64,000 bases of DNA, taken from contig OX597818.1 of the NCBI GenBank assembly GCA_951406725.2, positions 4,898,001 through 4,962,000 of the forward strand, in the 5' to 3' direction. The position numbers were made by a program, and so were the translations under genes. Positions 30,756-42,782 of this stretch are shown here, piece after piece (within the stretch, counting starts at the first letter, position 1; every line of letters starts with the position of its first letter). The DNA is from Octopus vulgaris (Eukaryota). A model generated the notes under the pieces. It saw only the letters and a program-made list of their open reading frames with translations, did no database searches and had not been told where the DNA came from.

Positions 30756-30826
<71 letters not shown>

Positions 30827-31055
30827 ATGTGTGTGTAAGAATAATGGGACATGGAGACAAACGATCAAGATGTTATTCAACTCATTTGTATCACCATATC
30901 ACCGACATATGTTTCGATAGAGGCTTTAAAATAAATCCGAGAGGAAGAATAATGTGGAAAAATGCATCAGGGAGTATATAGACAACAGTGTTGATCAATA
31001 AATCATTTTAACAGATGTAAGAAACTACAATATATGATATATGTATATACACCAG

Positions 31056-31411
31056 AGCACTACGTCGGTTACGACGGCGAGGGTTCCTGTTCATCCGATC
31101 AATGGAATAGCCTACTCGTGAAATTAACGTGCAAGTGGTTGAGCACTCCACAAACACAACGAGATTCAGCATGACACAGAGTATGACAAGCCTGGCCCTT
31201 CGAAATGCATGTACTGCAGAAACAGGAAGAAAGAGTGAGAGAAATTTGTGGTGAAAGAGTACAGCAGGATTCCCCACCACCCACTGCCGGAGCCTCGTGG
31301 AGCTTTAGGTGTTTTCTCAATAAACACTCACAACGCCCGGTATGGGAATAGAAACCGTGATCCTACGACCGCGAGTCCGCTGCCCTAACCACTGGGCCAT
31401 TGCGCCTCCGC
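31056..31411 (-). mobile_element. tRNA-derived SINE
   Basis: Minus-strand head ggaggcgcaatggcccagtggttagggcagcggactcg; body related to 59159-59468. Confidence 0.8.
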
Positions 31412-31671
31412 TATATATATACATACATACATATATATATATTTTTAAAATTATAATTTAGGGTATCGAAGAGATACCACCACGCTGGAAATAGCAGCCA
31501 AAACTTGACTCTAATACCACATTAAATGTTCATATAGCACTAGGAGAGAAAACAAAGAGACGAAATAAACTAGCAAAAAAATGACTCGATAATTCCAGAT
31601 CCTGGATTTCTGGATCTTCATAAGAAATGGTTTGCCTTCGTCAGTGGAATATACTCAGGTTGCACACAAGT

Positions 31672-31740
<69 letters not shown>

Positions 31741-31821
31741 ACATTCGATATACTTACATATACGAACGTATACGTATGTGGTATTCACACACACACACAT
31801 ACACACCCACCCACACACACG

Positions 31822-31878
<57 letters not shown>

Positions 31879-31899
31879 GCACACACACATATACATGTA

Positions 31900-32607
31900 T
31901 TTGCCAATAGGTTCACCGCCAAACTCTCCCTCGACTATTGGCCTCAAACACCAACATCTTAAGATGGTCACTGAAGAAAAGGATCTCAGCATAATGATCG
32001 ATACTCCTTTCAAACCAACACGGCAGTGTATCGAGGCGGTGAACAAAGCCAGAAGGAATCTCTTCCTCATCCACAGGCTCTTTGTCAACCATTCAATGAA
32101 CATCTTTCGGCCTTTATACATCACTCTAGTTCGAATATTGCACCCAGGCCTCAAACCCATATCTCCAGAAAGACATTCAACACCTGGAACGGATTCAGCA
32201 CTTAGCCACTTGAATGGTCGCGGGCTAGCATTACCTTCACTCGAACTACGGAGGATGCGGGGAGATTTCATTCTGGCTTTCAACATCTTCAACGGGAATG
32301 TAAACCTACCATTTGCTGAGTGTTTCACCCCTGCGCCGGATAGAGGCCTTTGTGTGTATGATCGCAAACTCTATCCCCGGCACTTTAGACTCAATAGGCA
32401 GAAGATCGCAGTCTGCGTCCTTATCGCAGCCCCTTGGAACAACCTCCCACAAGATGTCATTCAACTGCCCACCACTCCCCTGTTCAAAGAGACTCTGGAC
32501 AACTGTAGCGACTATGTTTAAAACTGTATATAACAATAACTGCTGTTTTTTACATGGCTTAAGCACAGTATGCTCTTCTCCTACCAATAAATTTGATTTG
32601 ATTTGAT
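31900..32607 (+). mobile_element. CR1-group LINE 3' fragment
   Basis: EEKDL, LPSLELRRMRGDFILAFNIFNG and WNNLPQDV; ends in AATAAA plus (TTTGA)n. Confidence 0.75.
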
Positions 32608-32657
32608 ATACACACATTTGCGCGCGCACACACACACACACACACACAAACATACAA

Positions 32658-32690
<33 letters not shown>

Positions 32691-33049
32691 CATATACATA
32701 TATGGAAAACAAAGTTGGATAGAGAACGCAAGTAATTTTTAAAATGCCGTAGGAAATTTACATCATAGGACGAGAGAAAAAGAGAAGGAACAAAGAACGA
32801 GAGAAAAGAATAAGAGGTATGGGATGAAAGAATAAAGATTAAGTTGCAGATATTATTAGGTAAGCGAGATAGATATTATTTGAAATAGCTGAAAGAGTGT
32901 TTTTTCCAATGTAGACACCTATGAACACGTTCTTTATAAGTGTTGACCAGTGTGTGTTCAGTACAAAAAGGGCACAAGGATTTCCCTTTTCCGTAGAGAA
33001 ATAATATTGATAACATTTTCCAATCCAAAGAAAATTGTTTATTACAGTC

Positions 33050-33649
33050 ATTGAGATACCAAATTGTTTACTAAGATCTGTAGAATTACGTTTATGAATG
33101 TATTAAAATGTAGAAAGGTGGTTGGTAAGACATATTTTTAATTCCGTAAATGAAAGTCCGAAATGAAAGAATTCTTTAGATCCTGCAGTAATTTTACAAT
33201 TGGTAAACAACGTTTATAATTCTGCTATTTCCGTTGAGAACGCAAGTTTTATTCAAACCATAATTACAAGGACTATTACTATTGATACTACTATTTAAGG
33301 AGAGATTATCGTTATTATTAATAATGTTATTACAGTTATTAAGTGAAAGCCTTTTACCATTAAGAATATAATTGTTATGCGAGGATACAGTTTGTAGGAG
33401 GTTATGGTGTTGGAAAAGGCAGTTCCGATACGGTGGGTGTTGAAAATAGAGTGGTACCTGGAATTTTTGGGAAAATTCCTTTCGATGGGTTGACGAAATA
33501 GGTAAGGAAGGTCAGTATTAACATTTTTCCGTATGGATTGATAAGCCAAATATTTAGGGTTATGCGATTTATAGAGAGAAATTTATAAGAACTTTGGCTA
33601 TTTCGATATAAGGGGTTATTATCCGGATTATTATCTACGGGAGAAACTC

Positions 33650-33690
<41 letters not shown>

Positions 33691-34545
33691 GAAGTAGTAG
33701 TTGTTGTGGTAGTAGTAGCATAATTACTATCTACCAGATTATATAGAGTTTGAACCAGGGTCAAGATGGTTATAATACTTAATTTACTCTTATGCCCTGA
33801 CTTATATAAGGCCGGATTATAGAAATCATCTTTCTTATTGAAAACGTTTATATTGGCGGTCAATTTAGAGATTCTAAGCGTTTTAAACCAATTTTTTAAA
33901 TTATATTAGTAGGTGATTGCTAAAAATGCTGATGTATGTTAGATTGGTTGAAGGTTTATGCATGGGAAATATAAAGCTGTATTTAAATTAAGCGTAAGGT
34001 CAAGGAAATTAACATTTGTTCTATCATCATCGAAGGTAATATTTAGGCCCATATTACTAAAGAATTTAACAAGATTATATTTAACATTTTATAATTTCTC
34101 ATTAGAGAAGTTTTAGAGGTAAATCAGGCAGTCGTCGCGATATAAACCTCTGAGGATATATGGGAATTAGTCGGCCATTTCTGATAGAATATAAATATCG
34201 ACCGAATCGGAAATTTGAGCTGAATCTCCAGACCCCATAGGTATATCAAAGCAGTCAGGTCGATCTTTACAAACCCAAAATTTATTATCAAATTTGACAA
34301 TAGATTTTCTGTCTGTTAAAACAACACAATTTCATCCCGAGTGAGGCCTGATTTATTATGCGCGAACCATAGGGCTTTATCAAGGATGATGGGATTAATA
34401 GAGGGATTATAACTACAGATGTCAAACTAAATAAATTTAGTGTTTAGATTATTATCAATAGAGCTGAACCAGTCTACAAGTTTAAGTTTTTTCGTTAACG
34501 AAGGAATGTACTTATCAAGAATATTTTTATACAATTATACAGATG
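33050..34545 (-). pseudogene. Penelope-like element (Naiad/Chlamys-like) RT remnant
   Basis: Minus strand FDIPMGSGDSAQISD, GLYRDD-like and NFLDLTLNL; linker IWLINPYGK and IERNFPKNSRYHSIFN. Confidence 0.75.
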
Positions 34546-36009
34546 CATCCTTCTCTTATCTTTACGCTTGATAGAACTTTATATATATCACTCAGCCCAA
34601 TAAAATCTAATAAAAATACAGAACCTATTTATTTATCATTGTATATTTAGCCTGTGAGATAATTATATATATTATATATACTTATATAAATTTTTATATA
34701 GATTTATATTGTTTATTTGTGTGGTGTTTACGTTATTTTTATTATGTGCTTTTTTCTGAAATTTAGTATAAGTTCTTATTGTTCATTTAATTAATTTTCT
34801 GCATATTTAGTTAAATATATTTTCTTTCATCATCCCTTGTTTAACTCAAATCTCAGTGACTCTTTTATACTTCATATTTATTTTTATGCAAATACAATCA
34901 TGTAATCTTTATACTATTACTCACATTTCCCCCTTACACGATATGTACTTTAGATTGTAAATCTTGATCTCATAGTTAGCATAAAGGCGATCCTTATGAC
35001 GAATATCATAAATATAATCCACATATTTTCTAACTTAATGCACAAACACACACATAAATGACTTATCATTCAGGTTTTCTTTCCAAAATGCTAATACAAA
35101 TTCGGATTGACATTTTAATAAATGTTGAATGTTATGAGGCAAAATTATTATCTTCAGTCCAGTTGCCCAAACTATTCCAAAATATTCCTTCATACCTGAC
35201 AAAATGTTTTCTATACGCAGAATCTGATTTTGTTTTCAAAGAACTCCATTAGATTCTTACCACGATTATAAACATTCCTTTCTATTAAAATTTTTATATC
35301 AGCCACAAAACACTACCTACGCACATTCTGTCTCTATGGTGATTTCCTCTTGATTTCCTAAACAAATACTAGAAAACAAAGCTTTTCTCACTGGTTGAAT
35401 AACTCGTTTGCTGAGACTTGGCGTTTCAGTTCATTCAAACCTTACAATAGGCCTGTGGCATTCGTTATTCAAGACATCACCCGTAACATTTTTATATAAG
35501 TCCTGCCTTTCTTTTACGCGATAAAAATTCTTACGCTCATTATATTCTTAATTAATGCCAATTATACTGATCAAAAATAAGACTGAAACATATTCCTCAT
35601 TGTCACTTATCAGTGGACAAAGGCCAGAGTTTCCCTCATCGTGTAAATTAATTTTCTGCAATAATCTGGCATTTTAGAAATTTGGTAACTATAAAGCAAG
35701 TTATTTTTGCCTCCCTTTTCCAAGCAAGAGCAAAGCATCAATGGACTTTCCTTTTAACTTATAAAATGACTAAATTTTACCTAAATTACTTCTCAATGTG
35801 TTTCCGTCATCTCAACCATTCAGTAGGTATTTATCAGATGAACAAGCAGTTTAGATTCTGAATGAAGTTCTTGAAGGTTAAAAGAATAATATAAATGTCC
35901 AGCAGTGCAAACTGTGTTAAATTCTAGTTCTTCGATGGTAGACAGTAAAAATTGTATTTTTCTTTGCAGTTGTCTGTAGTGCATCATTTCAATGGATTCA
36001 ATAAAGTTA

Positions 36010-37293
36010 CTAGGAGGTACCCAAAAGTAATCGGAAGCGTTCTCTGCGGGACAATCCCATTTTAGTTCAGGCTTCCGTTGCTAGAAGCCAGTTGATTCGA
36101 ACCTCAGACATCAGTCTAACGACGAGCATAATCGGGTGGAGTTGTATTGTCACATTGTGCGCTTTTATTTTGCAGTGCTTCTCCCTATTCGTCGATTTTC
36201 GCGATTACTGAAACGAAAGGACAGCGTGCTTTCGTGAAATGCTGTTTTCTGCTGGAGAAATCGGCGGCCGAAACACTTGTCATGCTTCAAACAGCTTACA
36301 AAGATGTTGTCACGAGCAAAACACAAGTATACCAATGTTTTTCACGCTGTGGGAATTGTCACTTCTCGCTTGAAGATCAACTTCATCAGGACGACCGTCG
36401 ACCTCCAGAACGAATGAAAACATCACGAAAATTCTTGAACTGATCCGAACAATTGACGAACTTGTTGGTATGACTGGTGTGTCCTGGAGCTCCTGCCAAC
36501 AAATTTTGAGCCAAGCACAATTTGGGTCCCACTTGCTCACTGAAGATCAAAAGCAGTCACGACTGAATTCGTGTCGTGAACTGAAAGAACAGTTGGAAGT
36601 TGATCCGAATATTTTTTCGAAGGTCATCACTGGTGACAAAACCTGGTGTTACGGTTACCACTCGGAAACGAAGCAGCAATCAAGTCAATGGCAGCATTCA
36701 ATGTCACCACACCTACCAAAAATTCGTTAAGTGAAGTCCACTGTCAAGACGATGCTGATTTGTTTCCTCGATGTGTAAGGAATTGTTCATACTGAGTTTT
36801 TTCCTCCTAGTTAAACTGTTAACCAAACATTTTATTTGGCAATTCTGAAGCGTTTTTGAGACGCGTTGAGACGAAAACGCCCAGGCCAGTGGTAAAATGG
36901 AGAGTGGTGGTTTCATCACAACAATGCGCCTTCGCACACTACCTTGAGTGTGAGACAGTTTTTGACCAAAAATGACATGACTCAGCTTACCCACCCTCCC
37001 AGTTCACTCGATCTTGCTCCCTGCAACTATTTATTTTGTTCTCTCGAATGAAAAAAGTTCTTAAAGGAAAACGTTTTGCAGTTGTAGGAGAGATGAAGTA
37101 AAAAAACGACGGAGGTGTTAAAAAGTATCACTTCGCAAGATTTCCAGGACTGCTTTGAACAGTGGAAAACGCGTCTGGGCCGATGCATTGCTTCAAACAG
37201 AGAATACTTTGAAGGTGATAAAAGTGTAAGCATTTAAAACTAAATGAATTAGAAAATATTGCACAATTCCGGTTTCTCTTAAGTACCTCCTCC
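36010..37293 (+). mobile_element. Full-length decayed mariner transposon
   Basis: Imperfect TIRs (aggaggtacccaaaagtaatcggaa / ttccggtttctcttaagtacctcct) with TA flanks; VITGDKTWCYGY, WFHHNNAP and SLDLAPC motifs. Confidence 0.88.
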
Positions 37294-37769
37294 TACTTAC
37301 TGGTGACAAGTATGGCAGTAAAAACGCTGCATAATCTCAAAAGCATTGTGAACTGCAAAGTTAAAAAAGAATAATTTATTTATTGGAATAAATATTTAGT
37401 CAATTAAGCGTATTGATAATTGCTATTCTGCGATTACAATCCTATTAATCACGTATATGGACGTCATTATGAAATCACTCTTAAAATAGACGAACAATGT
37501 ATTAATGAATTCCTATAATGCATATTTTCTTATTTAACAGTAATTGTAGGACTAATCGTCATAATTATTATATGCAACGTTAAATAAATAACTATTCATT
37601 ATTGATTATTCCATTATTTGTTTCAGTCATTTGACTGCGGCCATGCTGGAGCACCGCCTTTAGAGCAAATCGACCCCAGGACTTATTCTTTGTAAACCTA
37701 GTACTTAGTCAATCGGTCTCTTTCCGAACCGCTAGTTTACGGGGACGTAAACACACCAGCGTCTTTCCA

Positions 37770-38008
37770 CGGGCATGTGGCTTAGTGGTTAAGAGCGCGG
37801 GCTACTAACATTCAGAAAACAACAACAACAACAATAATAATAATAACAACAACAACATCGAAAATACCTTATGAATGAGAACCCAGGTTCCAAAACTTCC
37901 CCATGGCACCTGATGAAGGCTGGAGGGTATATCAGCCGAAACGTTGTGTTAACAACAAACAAGAAGAGGACAAATATCCGTCGAATGTAAATAATGTAAA
38001 TAATGTAC
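37770..38008 (+). mobile_element. SINE-like element: truncated tRNA head, (AAC/AAT)n, then hammerhead
   Basis: A-box-like tggcttagtggttaagagcgcggg; HHR at 37906-37949; tail (aatgtaaat) repeats. Confidence 0.65.
37906..37949 (+). ncRNA. Minimal type I hammerhead ribozyme
   Basis: gcac-CTGATGA-a-ggctg(gagggtatat)cagcc-GAAAC-GTT-gtgt; palindromic AACGTT stem III. Confidence 0.78.
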
Positions 38009-38098
38009 AACAGCATCTGTTGTCAAGCGATGTTGGGAGGGCAAACAAACACGTACACAAACTCTCTCTCTCTCTCACACACACACACATACACACAC

Positions 38099-38154
<56 letters not shown>

Positions 38155-38446
38155 CTCAAAGGAATTCCTACTCTGTTTTTTATGTTCTCTTTATATTCTT
38201 ATAATATTAATATAGGATATAGAGTATGTAGTAAAGAAACAAGTGAAATCAAGCATTGATTGTCTTATTGAAGAAATGAAATATTGAAAATTAAATACTA
38301 AATGTCTATTCACATTGAACTAGTATACTTTCTTGCATTTAAGCATTTATCAGGTTCAGATTTTGACAGGAACGATTTGACTGTAATATATTCTTCTATA
38401 CACAATCATACAAACCCCTTTGTGTGTGTATATATATATATGTATA

Positions 38447-39385
38447 CAGGGGTTGCAAAAAAACTTAGCAGCATAGCATCATAATTTTGAAATATCTATA
38501 AAACCGTCAAAAGCTTGTTAATTTTTATGTTTTTTGATTTATTATTCGTGTTGCTTTATATGTTTTGCTAAAATTGCTGTTTCCTTTCAGATATCATAAA
38601 AAAACAATTAAAATTCATTAAAATGACAGATATATCGGGCTTTCAAAGAGCGCAAATTGTTGGTCCTTTTATGGCAGGCGCTAGCATAACGAAAACAGCC
38701 GAAATGTTTGGTGTATCAAGAAGTAATGTCTCGAAATTAATGACAGCCTTTGGAAAAGAGGGAAAAACCTCCTCGTCGAAACAAAACTCCGGAGAAAAAT
38801 CAAAACTTTCAGATAGGGGCCGTCGGACTCTTACACGAATTGTTAGAAAAATCACAAAAGTACAGCTCCCATTAAGCAGAGCTTAATGACCACCTCGAGA
38901 ACCCAGTTTCCACAAAAACCATTCGCCGATAGCTGTACAAAGCCGGATTTCATGGGAGGGCTGCAATCAGAAAACCACTACTTTCAAAAACAAACGTTGC
39001 AAAGCGTTTTGAGGGGAGTAAAAACCTACAGAATTGGTCCCTAGAGCAGTGGAAGAATGTTATTTTCACGGACGAGTCCTCTTTTCCCTTATTTTTGATC
39101 ACCGGCTGAGTATACGTGTGAAGACAGCCAAAAGAAGCATTTGACCCATACTGCCTTCTTCCAACTGTTAAACATACAGGGGGACCTGTGATGATCTGGT
39201 GGTGGTGGTGGTGGTGGGGCTATATCTTGGAAATCCGCCGGCCCAATGGTTTCCCTTCATGGCAGAATGAATAGTCAAGACTATTTAAGCGTTTTATCTG
39301 ATCAAATTCATCCTATAGTTGCGGAACTATCTCCGGAGGGAAACGCAATCTTTCAGGATAATAATGCACAAATTCACACAAATTC
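38447..39385 (+). mobile_element. Tc1-like transposon, 3'-truncated
   Basis: TA|CAGGGGTTG start; HTH region MTDISGFQRAQIVG..TAEMFGVSRSNVSK; IFTDES and FQDNNAQIH. Confidence 0.85.
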
Positions 39386-39389
39386 CCTA

Positions 39390-41015
39390 CTTAGGTGTTA
39401 CAGTCTTAGGGAAGGTTAATATCTAAGAGAGGAATTTTCCAAGGAGACTCGTTATCCCCTTTAATATTTGTCATATGTTTGATCCTCCACAGTTTAATAT
39501 TAAGGAAGGCAAAAGCAGGGTATCAGTTCAGAAATTGTAAGGGAAAAATAACCATTTACTCTACATGGATGATTTGAAACTTTTTAGTAAGAATGAAAGA
39601 GACAGATTCCTTAATACAGATAGTAAGACTCTTCAGCAAAGATATAGGCATGGAATTTGGCATAGATAAGTGTGCAATATTAGTCACGAAAAGGGGACAG
39701 ATAGTCAACAGTGAAGATATCCAATTACCAGATGGCCAAACATTATAATCACTGAAAGAAGGAGAGAGTTATAAGTATCTAGATGTATTAGAATCCGAAA
39801 GAGTACTAACTACAGAAATGAAAAAGAAAATTGAGAAGGAGTACATCAGAAGTGTAAGAAAGCTAATGAATTCAAAGCTAAGTGGTCCGAATCTAGTGAA
39901 GGCTGTTAATACTTGGGCAATATCATTACTTAGATACTCAGCAGCTTTTGTAGATTGGACAAAAACTGAATTAGCAAACCTAACCAGAAGAACTAGGAAC
40001 GAATTCAATATGAATGGAGGACTCCACTCAAGGGCAGGAGCAGCAAGATTATACTTAACCAGAAAGGAAGGTGGAAGAGGGCTAATATCAGTAGAAGACT
40101 GATATTAATGGAGGTACCTAGTGTAGATCTAGACTCCTATGAAGGTAATAATGAAGAAAGATTATTAAGAGCTACTTGAGTCACAGCAAGACATAAGAAA
40201 ACCCACCTCAAAAGGAAACGAAGGTAAAAATCAGGAAAAAAGAACAAAAATTATCTAACTGGCGAGAGAAGGCTCTGCATGGTAGGTTCCCAAAGATGTT
40301 GCAGCAAATAGTAATAGTGAGATAATGGTTATGATTGCAGAAAGGAAGGCTGAAAAGGGAGACATAACGTTTGTTCGTTTGTTAGTAACAGCTCAAGATC
40401 TAGTATTAAGGACTAATCAGATAAAAGTCAAGATAGACAAAAACCAAGTAGATTCCCAATATAGGTCATACAACTGAGAAAGAATACAAGGAAAAACATG
40501 ACAAACTAGGTACAGTAATCCACTGGGAGCTATGTAAAAGCTAGGATTTGACCACACTGATAAATGGTATGAACATTAACCTAGTAAAGTGCTAGAAAGT
40601 GAGAGGTATAAGATGTTGTGGGACTTTAACATTCAGATTGACAGAGTAATAGAATCTAGAAGGCATGATTTAGCTGTAGTAGATAAAGAGATTAGAAAGT
40701 GTCAAATTACTGACAATGATGGAAAAATCAATATGAAGGGTATATAAAAAATAGCAAAGTACAAGGACCTAGCCATTAAATTACAGAGACTATGGAAAGT
40801 GCGGACAAAATGTATCCCAGTAGAAACTATCACTAAAGATTTGAACAGATGGACCTAGGAAATAGGCATGAAACCCAGTTTAGTACAGCTCTATAAGTCA
40901 GTGTTATTAGAGTTAGCTAGAATACTTGTTGGCATTTAAGGTTACTTGTGTAGTCTGAGGTTAGGAATTTTTTTTCCAACTGTCTAATCTGTTGTGTGAT
41001 TATGAATAATAATAA
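39390..41015 (+). mobile_element. Decayed R4/Dong-type LINE (RT through RLE)
   Basis: RGIFQGDS, LLYMDDLKLF, GMEFGIDKCA, RLYLTRKEGGRGL and LWDFNIQ; ends in aataataataa. Confidence 0.85.
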
Positions 41016-41143
41016 ACCTCATTCTCATTAAGGAATAATGATATCCAATGAATTTACTAGTTTATTAACTATAGTTTATTTTGAGTATATGATTTAATAT
41101 TCAAAAATAAGGTAATTAGATAAAACGGAGTTTATATTTATTT

Positions 41144-41347
41144 AAGAAAAATAAGAAAATAGAGATGAATCAATTAATAATTATATTTATTAATTACAAA
41201 AATAAACATAATCTCTGACAGCTGTTTTGATTCAAGCTTTAGAACTTAATTAAAAAGTATGAATCGAAACAGCTGTTAGAGATCATGTCTATTTTTGTAA
41301 TTAATAAATATAATTATTAATTGGTTTATCTCTATTTTCTTATTTTT

Positions 41348-41348
<1 letters not shown>
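41144..41348. repeat. Inverted repeat with ~90-bp arms containing the 3' half of an HHR
   Basis: 41144-41234 versus 41260-41348; GAAACAGCTGTT-agag resembles the 3' half of the 3681 motif. Confidence 0.8.
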
Positions 41349-41388
<40 letters not shown>

Positions 41389-41439
41389 CCCTGATGCAAT
41401 ACCTATGCCCTGATGCAATAATATGCCCTGATGATATAC

Positions 41440-41995
41440 CATGCCCTGATGCAATACCAGACAGTGGCTTTCATGAATTCTGATCTTAACTGATTGGAAG
41501 TGTTATCATGTACATTGTTTTGTCTTGGTATAAAAGATGGGCTACAGCAAATATTCTGCTCAATACCACAGATTTGCTTGTCAGTTGTTTGACCTTAACC
41601 AGTTGAGCATGTCCCTTAGTGGCTGCCGATATCTGCATCCCTGCTCATGAGCAGAAGTAGTGGGGAGCATCATAGCCATGTGTTGAAAGGAATTCTTAGA
41701 GGTTGGGATAATTAACCTCTGGAAACATGGGTGGTTCGTTCAACATCCTTAAACAATCCTTATTCAGGGACCTTTTGAGCGAGATGGGCTACTCGATCAG
41801 AAGAAAATTCTAACTGGGGCCCACCTGCAAGTTCTTGCGCTGTTTATCTTGATATGAGATCATCATGTCGCACACATATGGTTGGGATGCATGTGCCTGG
41901 TGTACACTTATCAGAAGGGTAGTGATGATGGGTATACTGGGCTTCGTATATTTTACCCCAGTGTCACTTTGATGGCATACACTGCTCTCTCACTC

Positions 41996-42080
<85 letters not shown>
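41440..42080. mobile_element. Unclassified interspersed repeat between (TAA)n tracts
   Basis: Higher-GC ~550-bp block; stuttered start (ccctgatg.. four times, 41389-41455); followed by a long (TAA)n. Confidence 0.45.
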
Positions 42081-42084
42081 GCCC

Positions 42085-42230
42085 TTTCTATTATAGGCAC
42101 AAGGCATGGAATTTGGTGGAGGGGATTGTCGATTACATCGACCCCAATAGTCAACTGATACTTAATTTATCGACCCCGAAATGATGAAAAGGCAAAGTCG
42201 TTCACGGCGTGCTAACGATTCTACCAACTC
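42085..42230 (-). mobile_element. Nin-type SINE with internal deletion
   Basis: Matches the 28590-28790 copy. Confidence 0.75.
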
Positions 42231-42710
42231 ATGGCCAACTTTTAGTTACTCACAGGCAATTCTAGGATTCATTACTAATTCAGTTCTCAACCAAATTGAA
42301 TGTAGTCATTTTTTTGGAACTAAATCCTTCAAGGCGGTGCTCCAGCATGGTGACAGTCAGATGACTGAAACAAGTAAACCCCAAAGCTAAAAGATTTGCA
42401 ACAGATATCCTGCTATTAATCCTTTTTATTAATTTTTATGAGCAAACAAAATTTCAAAGTTTGAACAAAAAGCTGTATTTAAAAAATATTTACGATAGTA
42501 TCATTTTTTCAATTATAAAAGTAAATATGATAATTATAATAACAGAAGCGGTTGTATACTGTCAACTTAACGTGACAGTGCTGTAAGGGAATTACACCAC
42601 CGCTGTTTAGCCCTAGGAAGCACCAACGCTTCCTGTCGGCCTTGACACGTTTCCTGTGTCCTTATATATTTACGAAGGGGAGACAAACACCCCCAACAGC
42701 TAGGCCTGCA

Positions 42711-42756
42711 TCTAGAGACATGCATGTTTCTGGGTCTTGCCCATCATCAGTCTAGA
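42711..42756 (-). ncRNA. Intact type I hammerhead ribozyme
   Basis: Reverse complement tctaga-CTGATGA-tggg(caaga)ccca-GAAAC-atgcat-GTC-tctaga; palindromic stem III ACATGCATGT. Confidence 0.88.
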
Positions 42757-42782
42757 GTAGCAGAGGCCTGCTAGCTGAAGAT

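Larger units (their letters stand above)
37618..38070 (-). mobile_element. 3' part of the 10390-type SINE, interrupted by an HHR-bearing SINE
   Basis: 37618-37760 matches 10408-10550; non-insert sequence resumes at about 38011 (cagcatc...). Confidence 0.7.
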
